From NCBI GenBank assembly GCA_010356995.1, contig ML996704.1, positions 62,001 to 126,000 on the forward strand: 64,000 bases of DNA, given 5' to 3'. Shown here one piece after another: positions 37,243 to 49,160 of the stretch. Source of the DNA: Trichodelitschia bisporula (Eukaryota). Under the pieces are notes generated by a model. It saw only the letters and a list, made by a program, of their open reading frames with translations. It ran no database searches and had not been told where the DNA came from. The stretch's first letter is position 1; every line of letters begins with the position of its first letter. The position numbers and the translations under genes were made by a program.

Positions 37243-40200
37243 ATGGCTCCTGGCGCTGAGCCCGAGTATTCCTACGCGTCCGAGGGCGCATCGTGGAATC
37301 CCGCGCTCCGCCCAAATTCCTCTTCGCAAGTCCCAGAGCAGCCGAACGGAAAGATTGCGCCTTCAGACTCCAGCGCGACCGGCGACCGTAATGAGAGCGA
37401 CCTGCCTGTCTCGCAACCTGGCAATGCGCCATTTCAAGTCAAGTTGGACTTTCCTGAACCCGAGTCCAATGGCGACAGTGACTTCTTCGATCACTTTGGT
37501 TCCGGCGCGCAAATGCAGGTTGGCCCTGTTGTAGACACCGAGTCTCCGCTCCACGCACAAGAGTCCCTCACAGTTGGCCATTGGGGCGCGGAATCAGAAA
37601 CGTCGTCGTTCTACAGCCATCAAGGCAAGGCTCCATCCGCCGCGGCCGTTCACGAATACGATACCTCGGACACGGAAGTCAGCCCTAAGAAGTCGCATGA
37701 CGTGAATCTTGATCAGGAGAACACTGCAAACAATGAGCAAGACGAGAATGCTGGCAACGCCAATGGTAATTATGATTACCAGAGCGAAAGCACCGCATTG
37801 GATAAGGCTATTCAGGACCGGGCCGACGCGCCGTTGGTTAGCGACGATACACCGAAGGCGACTCCTCTCGATGAATGGGGTCCGGTAGCTGGTGACTTCG
37901 ACCTTGGTCCACTGGCATCGTCTGCTGAGCCTCGCATGACGGACAGTTCAGCGGCTGATGTACCGGCGGCTGAAGTCTCAGCAGTCGACGACTCAGCGAT
38001 TGAAAACTCAGTGAATCACCTCTCGGCGCTCAATGGTGCCCCACATGCAAGTGCTGCAACGGGCACCAACGACCCCGCAACCAACACCACTGAACATTCC
38101 GACCACCGAGATTCAACAACGACCAATTCCCAAAAAATGGCTGAAGAACCTAATCAGACCCAGCCTGACATTGATTGGGGTGATCTTGACACTGATTTCG
38201 AAATTCCTGCTCCTGCTTCTGCGGAGCCAGCTGCTGGATCTTCTACAGACGCGAATGGACGAGCACAGGACAACCTGGCTGCACAATGGGCGGCGGTACT
38301 GGATGACGATCTTCTACTTGACAATGACTTCCTCTCTGATCCAGAGAACGCTGAAGGAGAGCATCCGGCTCCCTTCCCCTTCGACGACCACGACGGTTTT
38401 CTGGAGGACAAGCCTGCGGATGCCCAAGCTCCGGAAGTGAAGCCGGTCAACCGGTACGCGCCAGTTGTCCCGCAGCAGCAGCAGTCTGCAGCTCCAGCCG
38501 TGAGCAACCCATACATTCCTGCGGGCCCGCCGAACCAGAATGCGCCAGGCGCGAGACCCGGACCTACACCCTACCGATCCACCTACTCGGCACAAAGTCC
38601 CTCCCCGTATCAGTCGAGTTACCAGGCGCCGGCTGCTCGCCCACCCCTCCCGGCAGCTGAGAGCTTTGTCGCCAAGTCCAAAGGTGGTTATCACTCGCCC
38701 TACGATCTCCCGGATGACATCGCGGTGCCTCGGAAGCGCCACGTTGCACACCATGTCCCTCCTGTCGTTGGACCTCCCGTTGCGCCTCCTCGTTCGAGTA
38801 GCATGAGTGTTCCCTCGGGTAGCATGGTTCGCGGTCCTCCGCCGCCTCCCCCGACGCGCGGTTACACACCTCCGTCTTCGAGCCATTCGGTCCAGGCGCC
38901 GCCGAGCGCGTTTTCCACGCAGCCACCTGCGGAACAGCCGAAGCCATCGGGGCTGCGCCGCGACAGCAATGACTTCTTTGCTGAGCTACCCATGGTGACG
39001 AAGCCAAAGCATGCTACTTCCAGCCGGTTCGTGCCTCAAACGCTTCCGACTCCTCCGCCGGCCCTGGCGCCTCCTGCGGCCGTTCGCACCGTCTCCGCAA
39101 CTGGTCCTCCACCGGTAGCCTCTGCGCCGCAGCTGATCACTCAGTTGCGCGCGCCAGAGCCGCTTAATCCGTACTCTGAGGATCGCCTGTCGCCCAATCG
39201 CTCGGCTACCATGCCGCTGCCGTCGCCGACCAATCGGTACTCACCAGCTCCGACCGGCGTGCCTCCTGCGAAGAACCGCTACTCGCCCGTTCCTCCGTCA
39301 GGTCCGGCGGGAAGTTCAGCTCCTGGGGCACCGCACCAGTATCCGACTGCTCCTCCGGCTCCGGCCCGTGCTGCGACGTACAATCAGTATCCGTCAGCTC
39401 CTCCGGCGCAGGTTGCAGCGCCGCCTAGCCAGTACGCACCTGCTCCTATGGGACATGATGCGAAGCCGCTTCCTTCGGTTCCGGGCCCGTATGCTCATGC
39501 TCCGCCTCCTGCTTCCCCGGCTGAGCCGCCTATGGCATCTCAAAACCGGTTTGCGCCTCCCCCGCCTCCTCGCGGTCCGAGCCCGGCTGGCCATACGCGG
39601 TACGCCTCGGAGCCTCAGAAGGCGCCTTGGTTGCCGCGTACGTCGAGTCCGTTGGCGTACTCCGCCACACCTCCGCAGCCACACCACCATGGTTCGAGCT
39701 CCTTGGGCGCTGTGGAGACACTCCCGCAGCAGGATCACACGCAGAACCGGCCGCCGATGGACAAGGCTACGACCTTCCCGGTTCTTCCCGTTCATGGAGG
39801 CCATCCGGTCCTTGAACCTGTTGCTGAAAATGAGACGTACGATGCTATGGCGCCTCCGCGCCCCCAGGCCCCCCAGCATGACATGCCGCGCTCGACTGCC
39901 ACCCCTCCGCCTGGTCGGGGCAGCACGTCGTCGCAGTCATCGCAGCTTAGCTCGCCTCGGCGTCGTGGACACTACGCTCCATCTGCTCAGGCTACGGCTC
40001 CGACGGCCGATCCAACGTTTGCGCCTCCCCGCCGTTCGCAAACTTCGTCTCCTGGGAAGGTGTACAAGCCTCTGGGATTCACCGCGACAGATCGCCCGGC
40101 TTCGGCCCATGGGCCTGTCCAGCCTTTGCATAGCATGGCGGCCCCCAACCTGATGCAGGCCGTTGCTCCTCAGCCGGCGTACCACGAGATGCCGCTGGTT

Positions 40201-43182
40201 CCTCCGCAGGATGAGCGTATGCACGATCCGCTGGAGCGCTGGAAGGGCGCGCCGATCTTCGCTTGGGGCATCGGTGGTGTTGTCGTTACTTCGTTCCCGA
40301 AGTACATTCCTCGATATTCCGCTGGCCAGCTCGACCCTTTCATGAAGCCGAGCCAGGAGGAGATCAAGACGACTACTATAACGGACATCATGCCTCTTTC
40401 CGATATGGTCACGAAGTTCCCGGGTCCTCTCAAGAAGGGCAAGAAGAAAGAAGTCCTTGCCTGGCTCAAGAGCAACATTGAAGAGCAAGAAAAGAATATC
40501 AAGGACATGGCTTTTGGGGCGGGACTTACTGTTCCTGCCAACACGCTGCTTGATGAGAAGCTGCTGCTCTGGAAGGCCATGGCCCTCCTGACTGAGCACG
40601 ATGGCGTGCTCGAAGGCAACCCTACTGTGGAGCAAGCTGTTCGCGACCTCATTGCGGTGCAAACTTCCGAAGTGATTGCATCTCCGGTCGCCACTACTCA
40701 GCCTCCCGCTCTGCCCGAGGCTTTCGATCCTAATGCCTTTGGTGTCCTGCGGAATCATCTCACGAAGGGAGACCGCGAGCAAGCTGTTTGGCACGCGGTG
40801 GATCAGCGCCTCTGGGCTCACGCGCTGCTGATTGCCTCGACCCTCCAGAACACGGATATCTGGAAGCAAGTGGTTCAGGAGTTCGTCCGCAAGGAGATTC
40901 GCAAGGCTGGCGACAACACCGAGCCGCTGGCTGCGCTGTACCAGGTCTTTGCCGGAAACTGGGAGGAGAGCATCGACGAGCTCGTGTCGGTTTCGGCTAG
41001 AGCCGGCTTCCAGATGGTTGCCGTTGATGGCAGCGGTGCCCAGAAGGACGCCCTTGCCGGCCTGGACAAGTGGCGGGAGACGTTGTCGCTCATCCTCAAC
41101 AATCGCAGCCCTGGTGACGCTCAGGCTCTCGTGTCCCTCGGCAAGCTTCTGGCTGGATACGGCCGCATGGACGCTGCCTATCTGTGCTTCATCTTCGCGA
41201 GGTCGGCTGTTAGCGTCAGTGGGGCTGATGATCCGAATGCCCACTTCACGCTCATCGGGAGCGATCGTGCTTCCCAGGGCTTAGATTTTGGGAAGGATCT
41301 CGAGTCCATCTTGCTTACCGAGGTGTACGAGTACGCCATGACGCTCGGGACGCCTCCTGCGCCCCCGATGCCGCATCTTCAGGCGTACAAGCTGTATCAC
41401 GCTGAAGTGCTTGCCGAGAATGGACGCCGCACCGAAGCGATGCAGTACTGCGATGCCATCGGCACAGCGATCACCTCGAAGTCGAATCGCTCGCCGTACT
41501 ACACCCAGTCTCTGATGCAGTGGCTCGACGAAACCATGAAGCGTGTCTCGCAAGCTCCAAATGAGGCCTCGTCCTCCTGGAAGCCGAGCATGGAGAAGGT
41601 CTCGAGCTCGCTCTGGGGCAAATTCAACAACTTCGTCGCCGGCGAAGAACCCACCCCCAGCGTCCGCAAGCCAAGCGACACGCCCCCCGTCAGCCAATCG
41701 CCCGTGAACGCGGACCTCTACGGCGCATACCTAAGCGGCGCCCCCCCATCCTCCTCAGCCCCTCCCCCGACCAACTCGCGCTACGCCCCGCAAGTCCCCT
41801 TCGCCCCGCGCGGTTCCCTAGAAGGTTCCCGTCCGAGCTACTTCCCCCAAGCGCAGTCCGCGTACCCCGCGCAATCCTACCAGTCTCGTGCGTCCCTCGA
41901 GTCAGCGCACAGCACCTACGAGCCGCGCCAGTCTACCGACAGCGGCCCCTCCTCGAACTCGCCCCGCCGCACCGCGAGCTACAATCCTCTCCCCGGCGCT
42001 GCGCCTTACGCTCCTTCCCAGCAGCGCGCGGTTTCGGGGCCGGGCTTGTTCCCCCCTGGTGATGGCGAGGGTGTAACGGCGGGGGCGTCGTATGTGGCTA
42101 CTCCGTATATGTCAGCGCAGATTACGCCGCAGGCGTCGAGTTATCAGACGCCGCAGCCGGGGTTTGGGGGGTATGCGCTGCCGGAGCAAGGTGCGCAGTA
42201 TGGCGGGTATCAGCCGCAGGCGAGTGAGGCTCGCGATGAGGCGGGCCAGGCGAATGGTGAGGACTTTAAGCGTCCGAGTCTGGGCGACATGCAGAGTTCG
42301 TCGTATGAGCCTCCGTCGTACACCCCGTACGAGCCGGACGACAAGCCGTGGGACGCGGACGAGGACGATTCACCCAAGGAGTCAAAGCCCAAGAAAAAGA
42401 TGATGGAAGACGACGACGATGACGCGGAGTTCATTCGCCGCGCCGCGCAGCTCAAGAAGGACCCGCCCAAGGCGCCGGCCAGCTCTAGCGGCAGCCACGA
42501 GGTGGACGACATAGTCAAGCGCGCCGCCGAAGCAGATGGTAAGTTCCCTACCCCTCCCCCCCTTATCACCGCCCACTAACAACCCTCGCAGCGAATAAGC
42601 CCCCCCAAGAAAAGAAAGGCTGGTTCGGCTGGCTCAAAGGCTCCAACACCTCCGGGCCCATCAAGGCTAAACTCGGCGAAGAGTCGTCTTTCGTCTACGA
42701 CCCGGAGCTCAAGAAATGGGTTAATAAGAAGGCGGGGGCTACTACGGAAACGGCGAGTAAGCCACCGCCGCCGCCGCCTAGTCGGCCTATGTCTGCGGTG
42801 CACACGCCGACGCTGAGCCAGGCTGGTGATGGTGGGGGTGGGGGTGGGGGGTTTGCCCTGAGTAGTGCGCCGAGTATGGGTCCGCCTCCCGCTCGTGCTA
42901 CTCCTCCGCCTCCTTCGTCAGCGGTGGAGGGTGGGATGCCCGCGCCTCCTGCGGCGGTGGCGGCGCTCGCGGGTGCTGGCGCGGGGCTCCGGTCGGCGAG
43001 TCTGCCGCTTCTGCAGCGGCCGCCGAATAGTGCGCTTGGTCCGCCTAGTCGGCCGGGGACGGCTACTAGCCAGGCGAGCGCCAGTGCTAGTGATCTTGAT
43101 GATTTGATTGGGACGGGGACGGGGACGGTGAGGAGGGGACAGAAGAAGAAGAGGGGGGGGAGGTATGTGGATGTTATGGCGG
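37243..43182 (+). CDS. SEC16: COPII coat assembly protein Sec16; stop codon probably in the N gap
   Basis: Long Pro/Ser-rich N-terminus. Central domain with [22 protein letters not shown] and [14 protein letters not shown]-terminal [23 protein letters not shown] and RYVDVM. Intron 42539-42591 and a probable 5'UTR intron ~37100-37202. Confidence 0.95.
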
Positions 43183-44013
43183 NNNNNNNNNNNNNNNNNN
43201 NNNNNNNNNNNNNNNNNNNNNNNNNNNNNNNNNNNNNNNNNNNNNNNNNNNNNNNNNNGGGGGTGTGGGGGAGGAATGTGGGGCGCATGGCTAGCGTTAG
43301 GGTTGTAGGATATGGGTTTGCGGTGGAGTTCCGGGTGTGTTGCTGTGTATTTGTGTGTTGTGCACCTGTAGAATAGGGCGCCTGGCCGGGCGTGTGGTTT
43401 GTGTGGATTGTTGAGGTTGAGGTAGACGGAGCGTTTCGGCGACGCATGTCGTTTATTGTAGAGGGCTGTGAATTCCGGCGGTGGCGCGCTGGGTCGTTAG
43501 ATGTTTATCTTATACTGTGATGTCAGGTCCGTGGATGCGGTTATCGTGCGTGATTTCCAGTTTATAGGTTCGGTTGTCGCGGACTCTGATGCCGGATGGT
43601 AGATCAAGTCGTGCCGTGCCGTGCCGTTAAAGTCCAGTTGTCGTATCTGGTTCTCGTATGTCCGTGATTTGTTCGCTCCCTGGATCGGGTCGTGAAGGTG
43701 GATGATAACCGGTTCCTGGGAATGTCTGTAACGCACGGACTTGCACGGGCTTGCACCGGCTTCGATGTGCATTTTTGATCGAAAGGAGTGTTCCACTGCA
43801 GAATCTAAACTTGGTCGTTAGTATTATGTTAGAAGGGGAAGGCTGCTTACTCTTTCGTACGGCTGGCTGTGCGGGCTTCGGGGATGGAGAGGTTTACGGG
43901 GTGGGTATGGCGAGGGGGATTTGCATGAGGTTGCGTTGGGGGGGAAGATGTTGAGGAGGATGTCGAGGAAAGAGAGAGGTCGAGGGAGATTTCGAGAGAG
44001 GGATGTCCATGGA

Positions 44014-44152
44014 CGGAGCAGGGTGGACTTTGAGTTTATCATTGTTCAGAATGAGCTATTGTCACTTCATGAATTGACTACCGGAGCAGGCAGGACTCGA
44101 GTTTATCAACCATTGTTCAGAACGAACTGTTGTCACTTCACGAACCGACAAT
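44014..44152. repeat. Degenerate ~68-bp tandem duplication, with a third partial copy at ~44328-44369
   Basis: CGGAGCAGG...GAGTTTATC...ATTGTTCAGAA.GA.CT.TTGTCACTTCA.GAA..GAC starts at 44014 and 44082. Confidence 0.85.
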
Positions 44153-44586
44153 AGCCCGTGCATTCCAATCTTGCTATTATCCCGCTGTGTCTACAACTCC
44201 GTCCCGCAAGACACCAATAGGGAGTGATGCTCAAAAGGGGTACGAGTTGACGGCAGTCGGGAGCAGTCGAGGATGAGCAACTGCCCCTTTATAAATGAGC
44301 AAATAACACATACACTTGAACGTCGCTATTGTTCAGGCAATTATGACTTCATAAATCGACAACAATAGCACGTTCGCACATATTTTGATATTGTCCCTGT
44401 CGCACCTTCTACTTAATACCGCAGGAGGACAACAGGCGAGATACTCAAGGGAGCACCAGCTAGCAGCAGTCAAACCGAAATCCGTTCCCCAGACCCAAAC
44501 ATCACCGAACACCTGTTCTCACGGCCTCAAAGCCGCACAAACTCCCTATTCAATCATCCCCCATTTTCAACACTACAAACCACGCC

Positions 44587-45855
44587 CTAAACAACCCCCG
44601 CCCCCCTAACAGCAAGCATATCCGCCGCCACATTCCCCGGATCATTCGAATGCCCCTTAACCCACTCAAACACCGTCGTCGTCCCCGCCGCCTTCCTCTG
44701 CTCAATCTTCGCCACCACCTCCTCCACCAAATCCCTATTCTCAACCGGCTTCCTGCTCGAGCTGACCCACCCATTCCTCTTCCAATTCTCATACCACGTC
44801 GTCACGCAATTGATCGCGTAGTTCGAGTCCGAGAAAATAACCACCGGCCGGTGCAGCGGGCAGATGTCGAGCGCGCGCTTGAGGGCTGTGAGTTCGGCGC
44901 GCTGGTTGGTTTGGCGCGGGCCTTTGAGCGGTTCGGAGACATTCCTGCATCCCATTAGCCCCCCTCCCTCGAACCCAGTCCCAGCCACACGTACCGCGGA
45001 TCATTAACCCCGAAGAAAACCCCGACCCCCGCAATCGCATTCTTCTTCCCATTACTCCTACACGCCCCATCCGTCCACACATGCAACGGCTCCCCCAGCT
45101 GCGCCTGCGTAACACGCACCTTAACCGCATTCATCTCATCATCCGTCTTAAACCGCAACTCCCCAGTAGCCTCATCCAGCACCAGCCGGCGATCAAACCC
45201 ATCCTCCGCATCAAACGGCAGCGGCTGGTGGCCAAGGGGCAAATCCAGACCAAACGGATCGTCGATATGCGAACGCGCGCGCTTCGGCGCTGGCTCGGAC
45301 GGCACACACGTCACGCTGCTCGGCGCGTCGAGTTCAGACACCGACCCGTCTGCGCCGTCATCCGGCACGCCGCCGCGGATGTACGCCTCGGCCTCCGCGC
45401 GTGTTCCGAAGGACTTGTGTTTCGGCTTTGTCCAGCCGGTGATTTGGGCTAGCGCCGTGGCCCAGTCGTCGTACACGCCGGGCACGCGGCCGCTGCGCAC
45501 GGCGTAGAATTTCTGGGGCGAGGTGCTGGATTTGCTGGATTTGGTGGTGGCGGTGGGGGAGGCGAGGTAGGCTTCTGCTTCGGTGAGGGAGGTGAAGGAT
45601 TTGACTGGGGAGAGGTTAGCTTGGTTGGGACTGGGATTGAAGTTGGGGTGGGGTTCGAGGTGGGAACGTACAGACGGCTTTTTTGAAGCCCTTGACCTGG
45701 GCGAGACAGTCTGGCCAGGTGTGGTAGATGCCTGGGGCGTGGCCGGCGCGGACGGCGTAGAATTTGAGCTCGGAGCCACGCTTGCGCTTTAAGCTGCCTG
45801 TCGTGGAGGTGGAGCGGGCGTCGTCGGTGCGGTAGTTAGTGCGGGAGGATGCCAT
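44587..45855 (-). CDS. RNH1: Ribonuclease H1 with two N-terminal hybrid-binding (Cauli_VI-type) domains
   Basis: KFYAVRAGHAPGIY and KFYAVRSGRVPGVY. Catalytic VWTDGAC, QTNQRAEL, SDSNY and WVKGH...GNVAADMLA motifs. Two introns. Confidence 0.95.
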
Positions 45856-47225
45856 GATGGAGGGACGGGGAGGTCGGAATGGTAAGTGCGAGGTTGGTGG
45901 AGTGATGAACCGGTGAGGAATACTTTGTTCGTGGGGTAGATGGTGACAAAGAGCGCGATGCAGGTACCTCTGCAGAAGACGCGTGGTGCAGGGCGATGGA
46001 GGGGACACGATGAGTGATTGTTGCTATCTTGGGATTAGCCTGTGCTTGGATCGTGCCTGATTAGGCAAGAGAGATGGTGGAGCGTACCTTGCGGGTTGGG
46101 AGCGAGATGAGATGATGTTGGGATGGGGAGGAGGAAGGTGGGAGTGGTGGGGGTTTATAACTGAGGAGAAGGAGCTGGGGAGGGGTGGAGAGGAGAAGGG
46201 GGGCAGGANNNNNNNNNNNNNNNNNNNNNNNNNNNNNNNNNNNNNNNNNNNNNNNNNNNNNNNNNNNNNNNNNNNNNNNNNNNNNNNNNNNNNNNNNNNN
46301 NNNNNNNNNNNNNNNNNNNNNNNNNNNNNNNNNNNNNNNNNNNNNNNNNNNNNNNNNNNNNNNNNNNNNNNNNNNNNNNNNNNNNNNNNNNNNNNNNNNN
46401 NNNGGGGGGTGGAGAGGGGGGTGTGGAGTGTGAAATGGGGGGGTTGTGGTCGTTGTGGGTGGGTGGGAACAGACAGTGTGGATGGAAAATGCAGGTTGGC
46501 TCGACCGGGGAGCGTGTACAGTACGGAGGTACATGCGACGACAGACCCGGGAACAGTCCAACGGGAGGGGATTCCACACGGGATGAGCGATGACAGGACT
46601 TGATTGAAGATGCAATGTTTGTTTACACACCATGCATGTTGGTTGCTGCACGAAGTCGGATCCCATCGCGAACTTCCATTGCCCCTCAGTCTGGACAAAA
46701 CGCGTGTTTGGCGTGGTCGTGGGTCTGGAGCCCGGCCCTAAAATGTCTTGGCTGCTCTTGCTGTCCGCAAATTCGCTCGGAACGGGCGGCCATGACTTTT
46801 CCTTGCAGCCCTTTGGACGAGAGGGGCGAGGCAACAAGGCTTCAGCAGTCTAGACAACAAGGTATCAAGGCATGCAGGCAACCAGGCATGATATTCTGCC
46901 CCCAGGCAGTAAACAGTTACATAATTCTGGAGCCTGAGGCACAAATCCGGTACCGGTACCCTCCGAGCACGGGATCGTGAGGAGGTCTGGCCCCCGATTG
47001 CTGCCCCGTTGACGACATCGGCTGTTATTGGCACGAAAGCCGACTGCATCCCATCCTCTACACTTTGCCCTTTCACCAGGTAGCCTCTTCTGTACGCCCA
47101 CCGAGTGCAGCACCGCCAGCACTATCGCAAGAGGCGCCAACACGCCCCAGACGACCACTACTTGCTTATTCCGGGCCTCCAGCGGCCTCAGACGGCCAGC
47201 ATACACACAAATACACGCATACAAG

Positions 47226-47695
47226 ATGTTCGAGGTACGCACGCACGCTCGTACACCCTCACTATAAGGCTCAGCTGATGGGCCGCGAAGGGACGACACG
47301 CCCAGGACAGATACAGGCTGCGGCTGCACCGCGCCCGCTCCGTCGTGCTCACACCGGCGGAACTGGTCGAGATCCGGGCTGCGCAGCGCACCTTTGGCGG
47401 GGCGTATATCCGCACCGCACTGGGCCAATTCTCCTTCGCGCTGGTGGTGCTCAAGATCTTCACGTCCGAGTTCTACAGCATCGGTGCGCTATTCGCTGTC
47501 TACGGCGTCGGCGTGCTCTGCGTCAGCCTCTTCCGCCGCCAGCAGGGCAACAAGCAGTTTTTCACAGAGTTCGATAACAACGGCTTGGAGCATAAGAAGT
47601 TCAGGACCAGCGGTAACGTCGTATCGGTGCTTACGGCGCTGAGCGTTGGCGCCTACATCTCGCTGCTCGTTTTGACCTTCCGACTCAAGGCGTGA
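47226..47695 (+). CDS. Small DUF202-type membrane protein
   Basis: 9-nt exon MFE, intron 47235-47290, then GRHAQDRYRLRLHRARSVVLTPAELVEIRAAQRTFGGAYIRTAL with three hydrophobic segments and FRTSG. Confidence 0.78.
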
Positions 47696-49160
47696 ATACG
47701 GCCAAGGGAGCGGACATTGGCAGACGATCGTCAGGGCGAAAGAATGATGGGTGACGATGGGCGCCGATGGGAACCGGTGAGGGGCCTTGGCCTGGAACAC
47801 AAATTGTCCTGGTCGGGCTTGGGCAAGACCGCCGAGACGGGCCATGACGAGCGGACAACGACTCCGGACGGCGGGCGGCCGAATGTCAGCCTTGTACGCG
47901 GCTTGGTATCTTCGGTTCTCCGAAGTCCGGTCACATTCGTCATGGCATAGTTGTCTGCGGTATCTATGCACAAAGGATCGAGGGGGGGGGGGGCACATGA
48001 CGCGAGTTTTTTCTTGGACTCTCGCCTTTTCTGAGAGGCGACGGCCGCGACTCATTAGCAAGCAACGGAGCTTACGCATGTGCAAGACGAGCAGGCTGCG
48101 ACGCAGGGGAAATGGGGCACTGAACATAGCCAAGTGCGAGCGGGGCGGCTGGCGGCGTGCTCTATCCGTTGGTCAAAGTCCAGGGTGAAAGGTGGGGGTT
48201 GTAAGGGTGGGGGGTGGGCAGTCGACTGCTGCAGAGCGAGGGGTCGCGGGGCGCAGAGTCACGGCAGCGGATGGAGGCGCAAAGATAGCGGGCTCGGTGT
48301 GATTTGTAGCGGCATGTTCAGTCTTTTTATGCGATGCGCCGGTGCAGTTTTTCGAGTGCAGCAGCTGAGCTACAGGAAAAAAATTGCACAGCATAAGGCT
48401 AGCACAGTCATCCCGCATCGCCGTAGGCCACGGGCCGTGATGGCTACCGTAGTTCTAGTAGTAGAAGAGCTAGAAATATAAGGTGGAGCCGGTGGAACAT
48501 CGCGGCAGCTTGTGACGACGGGTCCCTGAGAGTTCAATCGGCAATTCAATCAGTCGAAAAAGGGTTTGTGCGGGAAGGAAAGGAGAAGCCAGGTCGTCGC
48601 TTCCCTTTTTCTTTCACATCGCCGGCGAGCCTTTCGTGTTGTTGCATCGAAGTCGTTCACCAGAACCATTCAATCACTTTCGCACATCGCTGCATCGCTC
48701 GCCCCCGAAAGTCCGCTCCTAAGATCGAAGCACAACCGCGCAAGCGCCAAGCATCACTTTTCCAAGCTTAATCGGGCTGATCGAGCGCCTGCCTTCTGCC
48801 AGGTCCTACGCTGAGTTGTGCTGGGTCCTGGAATTGAGGGTACAGTACAAGTACCGGTCCCTCAGCTCCCACTCCCATCTGCATCCTCTACCACACACTT
48901 CCTTTTAACTCCGGTGCATCCGGGAAAGCAAACCGCAGAGATACGGCAGCTCGAAGTCTCGGCACAATCAATCTCCCTTCTCAACGGACTTCAAAAAGAA
49001 AAACTCAACAGATCAAAATTCTCGTGACGCGCCGCCACCGCGACCCCACCACCCCGCTGCGCGCCTTTCCTGTTTGAGTAACGTGGAGTGCGGCTGCGGC
49101 GTCAGTCGCGTCTTCCCTGGTCTCTACCAAGCTTCGCACCCCTGTGCATCAAGCTTGACC

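Noticed and set aside
39937..41244. Long antisense ORFs (435 aa here; also 14102-15553 and 4142-5056)
   Set aside because: These are shadow frames of GC-rich real genes on the opposite strand, with no recognisable domains.
44587..45855. RNase H as part of a retrotransposon
   Set aside because: It has introns and hybrid-binding domains, with no RT, integrase or LTRs, so it is the cellular RNase H1.
46209..46403. ORFs spanning N gaps (also 7799-7898 and 43183-43258)
   Set aside because: They are artefacts of translating through assembly gaps.
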